Positions 16,951-24,294 of a stretch of DNA of 32,911 bases are shown here, one piece after another (positions within the stretch are counted from its first letter, which is position 1; each line of letters begins with the position of its first letter). Origin of the DNA: a virus (Duplodnaviria > Caudoviricetes). Below the pieces are notes generated by a model. It ran no database searches. It saw nothing but the letters and a program-made list of their open reading frames with translations, and had not been told where the DNA came from. The stretch is taken from the IMG/VR virus record IMGVR_UViG_3300027323_000059, positions 1-32,911 of that record; one strand, 5' to 3'. Position numbers and translations under genes: made by a program.

Positions 16951-18221
16951 TTCAACTCCTCTTTAAATCTCATCTTAAGCTTCTCAACTTCTTTCCTTTT
17001 TGTAATGACAAATGAAGTTTTAATTTTTCTGTCAGGTGTCAATATTATATAAACTGGGCGCTGATATATTTTAGATTTTCCATGCAATAAAAATTCTCCG
17101 GTATCAGGATCGCGTCTTACCCATTCCGGGCTCTTTTTTATGCTGAAAACATCTGACAGGGAGTACCTCCTCCCATCCTGCACCATGTGCCTGTATGATG
17201 AAGCGGTACCGTGAAATGTGGAGTGCCTGAGAGAGATTCCAAGGATCTCTTTAGCTTTTGCTTGCGGGCTTTCCCCGGTAATGGAAAGGAGGGTGCGCAT
17301 GTCTTCGCTTTTCTTAAACCTCTCTATGAGGTAGTTAAGCTGCTCATCATAGGAAGGAGGTGCTAAGCCTTTTCTGTCGAATGGTTCTAGATACTTCCCA
17401 AGAGAATCGAGACCCTTCTCTCTCTGCCATTCCTGGGCCCATTTTTTCTTCTCCTGCTCGAAAACCTCTTGAGGCGTGTCAAGCTTGGGATCGTCGAAGT
17501 ATGGCGAGGGCCTGCATCTACAGTTGGGCTCGCTCATTACGCGGAGGGCGAGCTCTTCTTCTGCTGTGCCAACCTCAAATACTCTGCCGTGAAGAGCTAA
17601 GTGGTGCGGCCTGGTGCGTTCATCTGCTACGCTGCGATACCTCCACTTTCGCAGGCCAGCGGCGACGTAGCCCTCGCGGTGCCCCAGGGCGTAGGCTTTC
17701 TTTACGTTGGTCCTTGCGAGGAGATCGGCGTAGTCGTCAAGCTTCAGCGTCTTTGTGCGGGTGATTTTAACCTGCCTGACTCTGAGCCTGCCTCTGCGGT
17801 CAATGTAGATCTCTTCCCTTAGCTTTCCACGCCTGTCAAAGTGAATCTCCTCGCCGAAGGTTGTTCTTAGCCTTTCCTTTAGCCTTGCAGAGATTTCGTC
17901 GTAGGTAAGTCCCTCCCGGATGCCTTCCTCGATGACGCTCTTAATGTCGCGCTCGAGGAACTCGTACATCTCTTTTATTGCTGGCGCTACATCCTGCTCT
18001 ATGAGCTTCTCGAGCGCTCTGATCTCCAAGCTGGTGATGCGCACGTCAGCGCCAACTTCTTTGAGCGCCCTCTCTGCGCCGATGTAGTAGCTGACGGTGA
18101 GAAGCTTGGCGAGCTTTTCAACCGCGCGCTTCCTTGATTCTGCTGTCTTCCTGAGAAGCGCTTCCTCAATGGCACGGATCGCATCTTCCTCATCCTTGCT
18201 GAGGAAATCGTAGAGCTGCAT
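16947..18221 (-). CDS. Minor head protein (Mu gpF / SPP1 gp7-like) with C-terminal putative nuclease-toxin domain
   Basis: WRY.SV.D.RTRP.H..LHG...EPNCRC MuF signature followed by an extension of about 185 aa; directly after the portal gene. Confidence 0.85.
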   Translation of the reverse strand: MQLYDFLSKDEEDAIRAIEEALLRKTAESRKRAVEKLAKLLTVSYYIGAERALKEVGADVRITSLEIRALEKLIEQDVAPAIKEMYEFLERDIKSVIEEGIREGLTYDEISARLKERLRTTFGEEIHFDRRGKLREEIYIDRRGRLRVRQVKITRTKTLKLDDYADLLARTNVKKAYALGHREGYVAAGLRKWRYRSVADERTRPHHLALHGRVFEVGTAEEELALRVMSEPNCRCRPSPYFDDPKLDTPQEVFEQEKKKWAQEWQREKGLDSLGKYLEPFDRKGLAPPSYDEQLNYLIERFKKSEDMRTLLSITGESPQAKAKEILGISLRHSTFHGTASSYRHMVQDGRRYSLSDVFSIKKSPEWVRRDPDTGEFLLHGKSKIYQRPVYIILTPDRKIKTSFVITKRKEVEKLKMRFKEELK

Positions 18222-19613
18222 TCAGTCGAAGACCTCCAGGAGCTCTTTCCGGAGGCGATGGATTTCTTCCGCGAACTCTTCTCTGACGTCAACGCTTCCG
18301 GTCAGCACGGGCTTTGGCACGCCCTTCTGAGTTGCGAGGTCCACCTTTGCGCTGAACTCTTTTTCCTCCTCTTTTGGCACTGGGTAGCCGAGCTCGTCGA
18401 AGAGGCGCTTGATCTGCGACTTGGTCATGTAGGGCAGGTAGGAAGCCATCACCGCAGCCCAGCGCACCTCATCGCGTGGCGTGAGGTCTTCGAATACCAT
18501 CTCCGGTGGCTTCGCTTTGGGTCCGAGCTTCTTCCTGACATAGGGGATTATGATCCTGTCCTCGATGACGACCTTGAAGATGTAGCGCTCTGGTCTAATA
18601 TCGCGTTCAAAGAACTGGAGCTGCACCTCACCAACAGAGCGGTTGCTGCTCTTGCTCTCGGTGAAGCTGTCGCTGAAGCCCATGCCGGCGATTACCTGGT
18701 CCTCTATATGCTCCTGAGCTTTGATCGTCGCTAGGGGATTGCCTTTCGGCTCGAGTATTTCAACCTCCATGCCCTCGGGGATCCAGAGGTCACCGCCCGC
18801 TTTCAACATGTTTTTGATTTTGCTCTGGAGTTCCTCAATGCGATGCCACCAACGTTCAGGAACTTTAAACTTGTGCTTGTGGTCCACGAAGCGCTTGAGC
18901 ATGATCGCCTGGTACTTCTCCGTGCCGAGCTTGTTCATGATATTGGCGTAGTTCTCCCTGAGCAGACTGACACCGTCGGGGGCGTCGTAGTCGGGATAGC
19001 GCGGGATGAAGATAAGCTCCTCAGGCTTGAAGAATACCGCCTTGCCCTCCTCAGCCCTCTTGAAGTGCTGCACGAAGCCTATGATGTTGTCACCGCTGCC
19101 CTCTTTGATGTTGCTCCTGTCCACATTCGGGAAGTGACGCTTCAGGAAGTCCCGGAGCTCACGCACATCGTCCTCGTTGTCTCTGAAAACGCGGACTGTC
19201 ATCGGGTTAACGCGCTTGATTTTGATGATGTCCTCTACAACATTGTTCCCGATGCGCTTCTTCTCCCACACCACTTCCAGGAAGCAGCGTCCATATTCAA
19301 GCCAGTCCTTGAAGGCGAGCACGAGAATTAGATCAAGGTGGGTGCGCCGGCGCATCTTCTGCACCAATTCCAACGCCTTGTCGTCATCGCCAGAGAAGTC
19401 GAAAGCCATTGCATTCTTAGCTAAGCTTCTAATCATCCTCGCTATTTTGCCCTGCTTCGCAGCCCAGGCGCACCACTTATCCCAGCCGCCCTCTGGCTCA
19501 AAGTCGGGATTATAAATTTTATCATCCGCAGCCTTTGCAACCCCTTTCAGAAGCTCCGCGAGAGCCAGGTCCATTCTCGAAGATTTCGGCTTCAGCAGGT
19601 CAAAGATGCTCAT
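18222..19613 (-). CDS. Portal protein
   Basis: 463 aa after TerL; 'L.YG..FLEVV', 'NP.TV', 'F.PEELIFI....D...G.SLL' motifs. Confidence 0.88.
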   Translation of the reverse strand: MSIFDLLKPKSSRMDLALAELLKGVAKAADDKIYNPDFEPEGGWDKWCAWAAKQGKIARMIRSLAKNAMAFDFSGDDDKALELVQKMRRRTHLDLILVLAFKDWLEYGRCFLEVVWEKKRIGNNVVEDIIKIKRVNPMTVRVFRDNEDDVRELRDFLKRHFPNVDRSNIKEGSGDNIIGFVQHFKRAEEGKAVFFKPEELIFIPRYPDYDAPDGVSLLRENYANIMNKLGTEKYQAIMLKRFVDHKHKFKVPERWWHRIEELQSKIKNMLKAGGDLWIPEGMEVEILEPKGNPLATIKAQEHIEDQVIAGMGFSDSFTESKSSNRSVGEVQLQFFERDIRPERYIFKVVIEDRIIIPYVRKKLGPKAKPPEMVFEDLTPRDEVRWAAVMASYLPYMTKSQIKRLFDELGYPVPKEEEKEFSAKVDLATQKGVPKPVLTGSVDVREEFAEEIHRLRKELLEVFD

Positions 19614-19647
19614 GAAACATCACCAGAGTTCCCTCTGCGGGAAAGGC

Positions 19648-19664
19648 ATAAAAAGCAAAGTCAG
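19648..19664 (-). promoter_or_regulatory. Viral late promoter copy (CTGACTTTGC-TTTTTAT)
   Basis: Motif starts 51 nt upstream of the portal ATG and contains the TerL TGA stop. Confidence 0.75.
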
Positions 19665-20995
19665 AAGAAGGGCCATTCGTCGATGTCTGGAAGCGATGGC
19701 TCGTGGAATGCTCCAAATACAGCAAGAGCTAGGGCCATGACGCAGTCGTCGTGCATGCCTTCGTGAGCTTCCATTTTCAGGCTACCCGAGCTCGTGCGGA
19801 CGTACTCGAAGTACTTGAGCTCGTTGATCAGCTCGGGGATGTTGGGGAAGATGACCTTGCGATTGTCTATTGCAGCCGCTAACCTCTCCACCAGGATTGT
19901 CTTTGGCACCTTGGTGATGTTTCCCTGCTGAGTTATTGCGGTGCCACCCGTGATGGTTATACCTCGTGCTATGTGCTGGACCATCTCCAGCAAGGGGTCG
20001 CCGGCGCCAGTGCTGTCCACAACTATTGCCTGGGGCGAGAATCTTGCATGGATGTCCTCGATTCTCCTGGCTATCTCTCCCCAGGGGAGGCGCTGGAAGC
20101 GGTCAAAGTATATGAGCTTCGCTGGCTCCTGGGCAATATCTATGCCGATGATTACGGTGTAGTCGAGGTACTTCGCCACGTCCACGCCGAAGACGAAGCG
20201 CTGCTTGGCATGGGTCCTACCCTCGAGGAGCTCTATATCTTCTTCGATGCACGCCTGAATGCTGCGCCATGGGAAGACAGCATTCTGGTCGTCTATGAAC
20301 TCCGCCATGTACTCGGTGCGGAAGCGGATGCTGTTCTCCCCGTATTCTTTCTTCTTGCGCTCTATGTATTCCCTGGAGATGTGCGGGTTTACCCAGGATG
20401 GGAACTGGTAGCTGCTGTAGTACTCATTTCTCTCGAGCCCCCTGATGAATGAGTCATAGAAGTGGTTTCTTCCCGCAGGGGTGCCAATCTTGATCAGGTC
20501 TCCGTCATAGTCAGCGAGCATTGGCTCAATTACGTTGGTGACCGCCTCGTCCTTAATGTAGCCCGCTTCGTCGAGGATTATGCGGTGCGCCTTATGGCCT
20601 CGCAGGTTCTGAGGCTTGTCAGCGGAGCGGGCATGAATAATTGAGCCTGTAAGAAAGCGGAGCTTCGGGAAGGGAGTGTAGACCACCTTATCCACCAGCT
20701 GAATGAGCGGCGACCTGGAAAGCAGCCTGACGATGGTGTCAAAGATAATCTGTGCCTGGTCGTAGGTTGGGGCGATGATGAACTGAATGCTTCCAGGGTG
20801 CGCTATGGCATAGTGGATCGCGGAGACTGCCATGCACTCGCTCTTGCCGAATCTTCGTCCTGCTGCGACTGTGAGGTTCTTTGCCCTGTCCCTGAGGATT
20901 TGCTCCTGCGCTTCGTGAGGTGTCCAGCCAAGCAGCTTTTTTGCAAAGGTGACGGGATCCCTGAGAGGTTTAGCCAGCTTCTTCGTCCTCAGCAT
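19661..20995 (-). CDS. terL: Terminase large subunit
   Basis: Walker A AGRRFGKS, APT..QA, LRG, Walker B IILDEA, IGTP.G.N.F; nuclease motifs GVDVAK..D and HDD.VMALALA. Confidence 0.96.
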   Translation of the reverse strand: MLRTKKLAKPLRDPVTFAKKLLGWTPHEAQEQILRDRAKNLTVAAGRRFGKSECMAVSAIHYAIAHPGSIQFIIAPTYDQAQIIFDTIVRLLSRSPLIQLVDKVVYTPFPKLRFLTGSIIHARSADKPQNLRGHKAHRIILDEAGYIKDEAVTNVIEPMLADYDGDLIKIGTPAGRNHFYDSFIRGLERNEYYSSYQFPSWVNPHISREYIERKKKEYGENSIRFRTEYMAEFIDDQNAVFPWRSIQACIEEDIELLEGRTHAKQRFVFGVDVAKYLDYTVIIGIDIAQEPAKLIYFDRFQRLPWGEIARRIEDIHARFSPQAIVVDSTGAGDPLLEMVQHIARGITITGGTAITQQGNITKVPKTILVERLAAAIDNRKVIFPNIPELINELKYFEYVRTSSGSLKMEAHEGMHDDCVMALALAVFGAFHEPSLPDIDEWPFF

Positions 20996-21401
20996 AGAGG
21001 ACCTCCAGGAGCTCCTTCACAGGGTTGTTGACGTCGCCGGAAATCTCGTACTTGAGCTTCATTGCCTGGACAGCGGCTGCGGTTATCTTCTGAAGGTCGC
21101 TCGGGTCGCTGGTGATGTCAAGCAGAGCATCCGCTTTGGCCTTGACCTTCTCAAGGAACTCGAGGTCGTCAATGACCTTGCGCTTCCCCTCCTCAAGTTG
21201 CTTCTGAAACTCTTTCACTGCCTCGGGCACTACCGGGAAATGGCGCTTGTGGTTGGTGATGTTCGCCTTGCTGAGCCCCGGGATGTGCTTCTCAAGCTTG
21301 GCGATGATCTCGCTGTAGGGTCTGCCTTCGATGAGCATCTGGTTAACTTTGTCGGCATGCCCGCTACGGCAGATCTTGCATTTAGGATTGTAAAGGTTCA
21401 T
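20970..21401 (-). CDS. terS: Terminase small subunit
   Basis: Overlaps the TerL start; N-terminal CKIC plus HTH with H..H; helical oligomerisation region. Confidence 0.75.
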   Translation of the reverse strand: MNLYNPKCKICRSGHADKVNQMLIEGRPYSEIIAKLEKHIPGLSKANITNHKRHFPVVPEAVKEFQKQLEEGKRKVIDDLEFLEKVKAKADALLDITSDPSDLQKITAAAVQAMKLKYEISGDVNNPVKELLEVLYAEDEEAG

Positions 21402-21426
21402 ATAGATTCGTCAAGGTTCGTTTAGG

Positions 21427-21443
21427 TTAAAAAGGAAAGTCAG
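21427..21443 (-). promoter_or_regulatory. Viral late promoter copy (CTGACTTTCC-TTTTTAA)
   Basis: Motif starts 42 nt upstream of the TerS ATG 21401. Confidence 0.78.
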
Positions 21444-21598
21444 GCAGATAATGTATTAGGACCTTTGTAGAATTCATTTAAACTTCATGAAATGTCCCGC
21501 AATTAGCACAATATTTGGTACCAAGTTTTGGTAGAAGAAGTAAACAATATTTGTAAATCAATAATTTTTAAATATAAAGAAGTTCACAATAAATTCGT

Positions 21599-21811
21599 AT
21601 GAAAAACAAAGACCTTGGGACAGTTCTAATTGGAATTGGGTCTCTTCTATTATTATCATCAATCGGAGTCGAAGCGAAACTGTCTGCTCTTGAACTTGCA
21701 GGCCCAGGGGGTATTGGACTCACTGGAACTGGAATAAAGGGTGCAACAGTTACTACTATTATAGTCGGTGTCATTTTCATGGCTTTCGGCGTATATCTCC
21801 GAACAAAATAA
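21599..21811 (+). CDS. Small two-TM membrane protein
   Basis: Two hydrophobic segments around a Gly-rich loop; TATA-like TTTAAATATA about 25-30 nt upstream. Confidence 0.65.
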   Translation: MKNKDLGTVLIGIGSLLLLSSIGVEAKLSALELAGPGGIGLTGTGIKGATVTTIIVGVIFMAFGVYLRTK

Positions 21812-21821
21812 TGCCTATTAG

Positions 21822-22280
21822 CTAAATAATTTTTTGGAGAACAGGTATGAGATATTTAATTATGGCGAAGATAACTAAAACCACTCCCGAAATTTTTTGA
21901 GCGAAAATATCAATTAATATTTCTACATTTTCATGTTTTTCTAGCAAGTCTGAATAATGCATTAAGAACACAGAAATAGTGAGGAAAATCATAACACCTG
22001 TGAGATTCGATACACCTGTTACAAATGCAATAGTGAATAAAGTTAATGTTACAAAAATACCTACAAGAAATGAATTCAGTGTTCCTCCTCCTTTTGTTAT
22101 AGCTTTCCCTATATAGTGACCCATTGATAATCCTATAAATATAGACACCCACAAAATTGCATTTGATTGACTAAGGTTCACTGGTGCAATTGAATTGCTT
22201 ATATACTCCCCTATAAAATAAAGCGCAAGAACGAATGTAACTCCACCAAAAAATGCCGTATAATTAAATTTATCCTCCAT
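21822..22280 (-). CDS. AT-rich multi-TM membrane protein
   Basis: About 5 hydrophobic helices; GGGGTGA RBS; upstream TATA. Confidence 0.75.
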   Translation of the reverse strand: MEDKFNYTAFFGGVTFVLALYFIGEYISNSIAPVNLSQSNAILWVSIFIGLSMGHYIGKAITKGGGTLNSFLVGIFVTLTLFTIAFVTGVSNLTGVMIFLTISVFLMHYSDLLEKHENVEILIDIFAQKISGVVLVIFAIIKYLIPVLQKII

Positions 22281-22369
22281 CCTTACATCACCCCTCTTTT
22301 TTACTAGATTTTCTTTCCTATTTCCTATTTATATAGCATTCCCTAGACCACGGGAAAAGTGAAAAGTAA

Positions 22370-22705
22370 TTAAGTTTGTCTATGTTGATTCCGTGGGTCG
22401 TCGGATGACGCTTTCTTCTTCCGCATCTTCTGCCGTGCCTCTTCTGCCTTCCTTGCTATCTCCTTATAGTCTCCGAGGATATTGAGCAGCTTCTGGGCGC
22501 ATTCTTTAGAGCAAGTGGGGAGCACTGTTGCGTCATACTTCAGTGCAAACGAGATTAGGAAGTCGCGCTTCTGCTCTATGGTTGTTTTTATTCTATTTGA
22601 GCATTCTGGATTGAAGCACGTTATTTCAGTTATGCGTTCTTCCAGCTCTATTTCCACCACCCAATAACTTCGCTTTAAGGTGGACAATGTCGTTGATGTA
22701 AGCAT
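22370..22705 (-). CDS. Hypothetical zinc-finger protein
   Basis: CFNPEC...TCSKEC cysteine pairs; start uncertain. Confidence 0.55.
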   Translation of the reverse strand: MLTSTTLSTLKRSYWVVEIELEERITEITCFNPECSNRIKTTIEQKRDFLISFALKYDATVLPTCSKECAQKLLNILGDYKEIARKAEEARQKMRKKKASSDDPRNQHRQT

Positions 22706-22856
22706 CCGTGAAGATTTTCCTGAGCTTGCGATTGATCACAACTGCGTGGATAAGGAAAGGTATCCGCGGCAGGTTGCAGGTGTTGCGATGCTTACAATAT
22801 TTTGTGCAGCAAGCGCCCTGAAGTGGGCTCTCATCTTTGCAGCCTGGTGGCTTCAC
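22626..22856 (-). CDS. Hypothetical Cys-rich protein
   Basis: CC..YC.H...C cluster; in line with neighbouring minus-strand genes but overlaps the next ORF. Confidence 0.4.
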   Translation of the reverse strand: MKPPGCKDESPLQGACCTKYCKHRNTCNLPRIPFLIHAVVINRKLRKIFTDAYINDIVHLKAKLLGGGNRAGRTHN

Positions 22857-22999
22857 CTGCTATCTCCCTCCCATGGCAGTCTTCGCAGAGGTGACCAGGG
22901 TGAGGGCATACGCAGTCACTAGCAGTGGTATCATGATGCTTCCATAGCCTTCCCAATCCCGCGAATGTTCCTGAGAGATAATCCACTTCTACCGGCAAC

Positions 23000-23482
23000 T
23001 TAAATACCAACGAGTTCCACCTCCACGGGGTAGATTTCCACGTCGCTGCCTATCACAAAACGATGGCCGAGATGCACTATGCAGTTGTACTTTGTGATTC
23101 TCACGCGAGAGTTAAGGATCCAGAGTTGGTGCTTGAAGAGGCTGAGTAAGTATTTCTTCCCGCTGTCCGCAAGGAGCCATGCCTGGTAAACTATCTCGTA
23201 GATGTCTGGATATTCAAGCTCGTCTGGCGGAACGTATCCCTTTTTGATGATGTTTCTGCTCTGTCCCCTGATTTTACCCCGAGTCATGAAAACTTCGCCA
23301 ACAACGCCTTCGAGCGTACGCCTCTTTAGAACCCTGTCCCGCCAGAAGCGCCCGAGAAAAGCGGCTATCTTTGTTTCAAGTGAAGTGACTCCTGTCTTTG
23401 CCAGGAGATCATAGATTTTCGCCGTCATCGCTGGAGAGGAAGGCCCCAGTATTTGTACCGCGCCCTGGGGCCGGCGCATCAT
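23000..23482 (-). CDS. Hypothetical protein (about 160 aa)
   Basis: Protein-like composition; ATG 23482 avoids overlap with the upstream gene (ORF extends to 23533). Confidence 0.6.
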   Translation of the reverse strand: MMRRPQGAVQILGPSSPAMTAKIYDLLAKTGVTSLETKIAAFLGRFWRDRVLKRRTLEGVVGEVFMTRGKIRGQSRNIIKKGYVPPDELEYPDIYEIVYQAWLLADSGKKYLLSLFKHQLWILNSRVRITKYNCIVHLGHRFVIGSDVEIYPVEVELVGI

Positions 23483-23510
23483 TTCCCGTCCGCCATCAGG
23501 GAAATGATCG

Positions 23511-23711
23511 CTACTTGCTGAGGTCGATGCCAAGGACAGCGATAGCTTTGTCCACTATCTCCTGGAACTCCTCTTCTGTTATCTCGTCGTCCTTGGCAGC
23601 CTGGAGAATTTCAATGAGAAGGTCGTAGATCTGCGGCTTGCGAGTGTTGAGCCACGCGAGGATTGCGGCTGCAACCGTGGCCACATAGGCCCAAATCTGA
23701 TAAATGTCCAT
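23511..23711 (-). CDS. Small membrane protein, possibly holin-like
   Basis: N-terminal TM (IWAYVATVAAAILAWL) followed by acidic DDEITEEEF..I. Confidence 0.65.
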   Translation of the reverse strand: MDIYQIWAYVATVAAAILAWLNTRKPQIYDLLIEILQAAKDDEITEEEFQEIVDKAIAVLGIDLSK

Positions 23712-23879
23712 GGAGAAAACTTGAAATGGTTAGTATATTTCCATATCTGATTCACTTATGGTATACCCTTAAAAAATAGGTTTGCAATCCTAACTATTGT
23801 TTGCTCATGTGGTTGAATAAATTAATCGACATATTTATAAGTGTGCTATTCCTTTTTAATTTTGTAAAACTAAAAGGAG

Positions 23880-24092
23880 GTGAAAAGGATAGGAATTCGG
23901 ATTCGACACGGAAAAGTTACTTGGAGAGCACAACTAAACAAGAACGACTTTAGTGTATACAAAGGCAGAAAGAGATTTTTTAGTGTTCCTAAAGAAAAAC
24001 TCTATGGTCTTGGTAGACTTGGTCTAAGAGCTTTATTAATATCGCAAGGAGTTCCCATCTATATAGTCGATGACTTGGTTTCTATAGTGTAA
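23880..24092 (+). CDS. Small basic hypothetical protein (AT-rich)
   Basis: TTTATAA upstream and GGAGGTGA at the start region; exact start unclear. Confidence 0.5.
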   Translation: MKRIGIRIRHGKVTWRAQLNKNDFSVYKGRKRFFSVPKEKLYGLGRLGLRALLISQGVPIYIVDDLVSIV

Positions 24093-24131
24093 TCAATACA
24101 ATGCTGTGTTCTCAGCATCCTTTTTTCTTTT

Positions 24132-24278
24132 TTATAATTTTTCATATAACTTCACGTACTTTCGCACTGTTTTCCAATCCACCCCGACCTTTCTTGCAAT
24201 ACTCCTGTATCCCATGCCCTCTGCAATTCTGAGCTTGATGATCTTCAGCACGGTCTCAATTTCAAGCTGACTCGGCAT
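24132..24278 (-). CDS. Small HTH DNA-binding protein (48 aa, not in the ORF track)
   Basis: MPSQLEIETVLKIIKLRIAEGMGYRSIARKVGVDWKTVRKYVKLYEKL*; GGAGG RBS; classic IAR..GV...TV.KY HTH. Confidence 0.8.
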   Translation of the reverse strand: MPSQLEIETVLKIIKLRIAEGMGYRSIARKVGVDWKTVRKYVKLYEKL

Positions 24279-24294
24279 GGACTAGGCCTCCAAT

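Noticed and set aside
242-21425. Numerous plus-strand ORFs antisense to structural genes (e.g. 2550-3161, 13435-14337, 14282-14830, 15282-15794)
   Set aside because: They are shadow frames of GC-rich minus-strand genes that carry clear family motifs, and show no convincing RBS or protein-like features.
22831-22986. Possible 51-aa Cys/His-rich ORF (GTG start)
   Set aside because: Weak RBS and overlap with the next ORF; not enough support to call.
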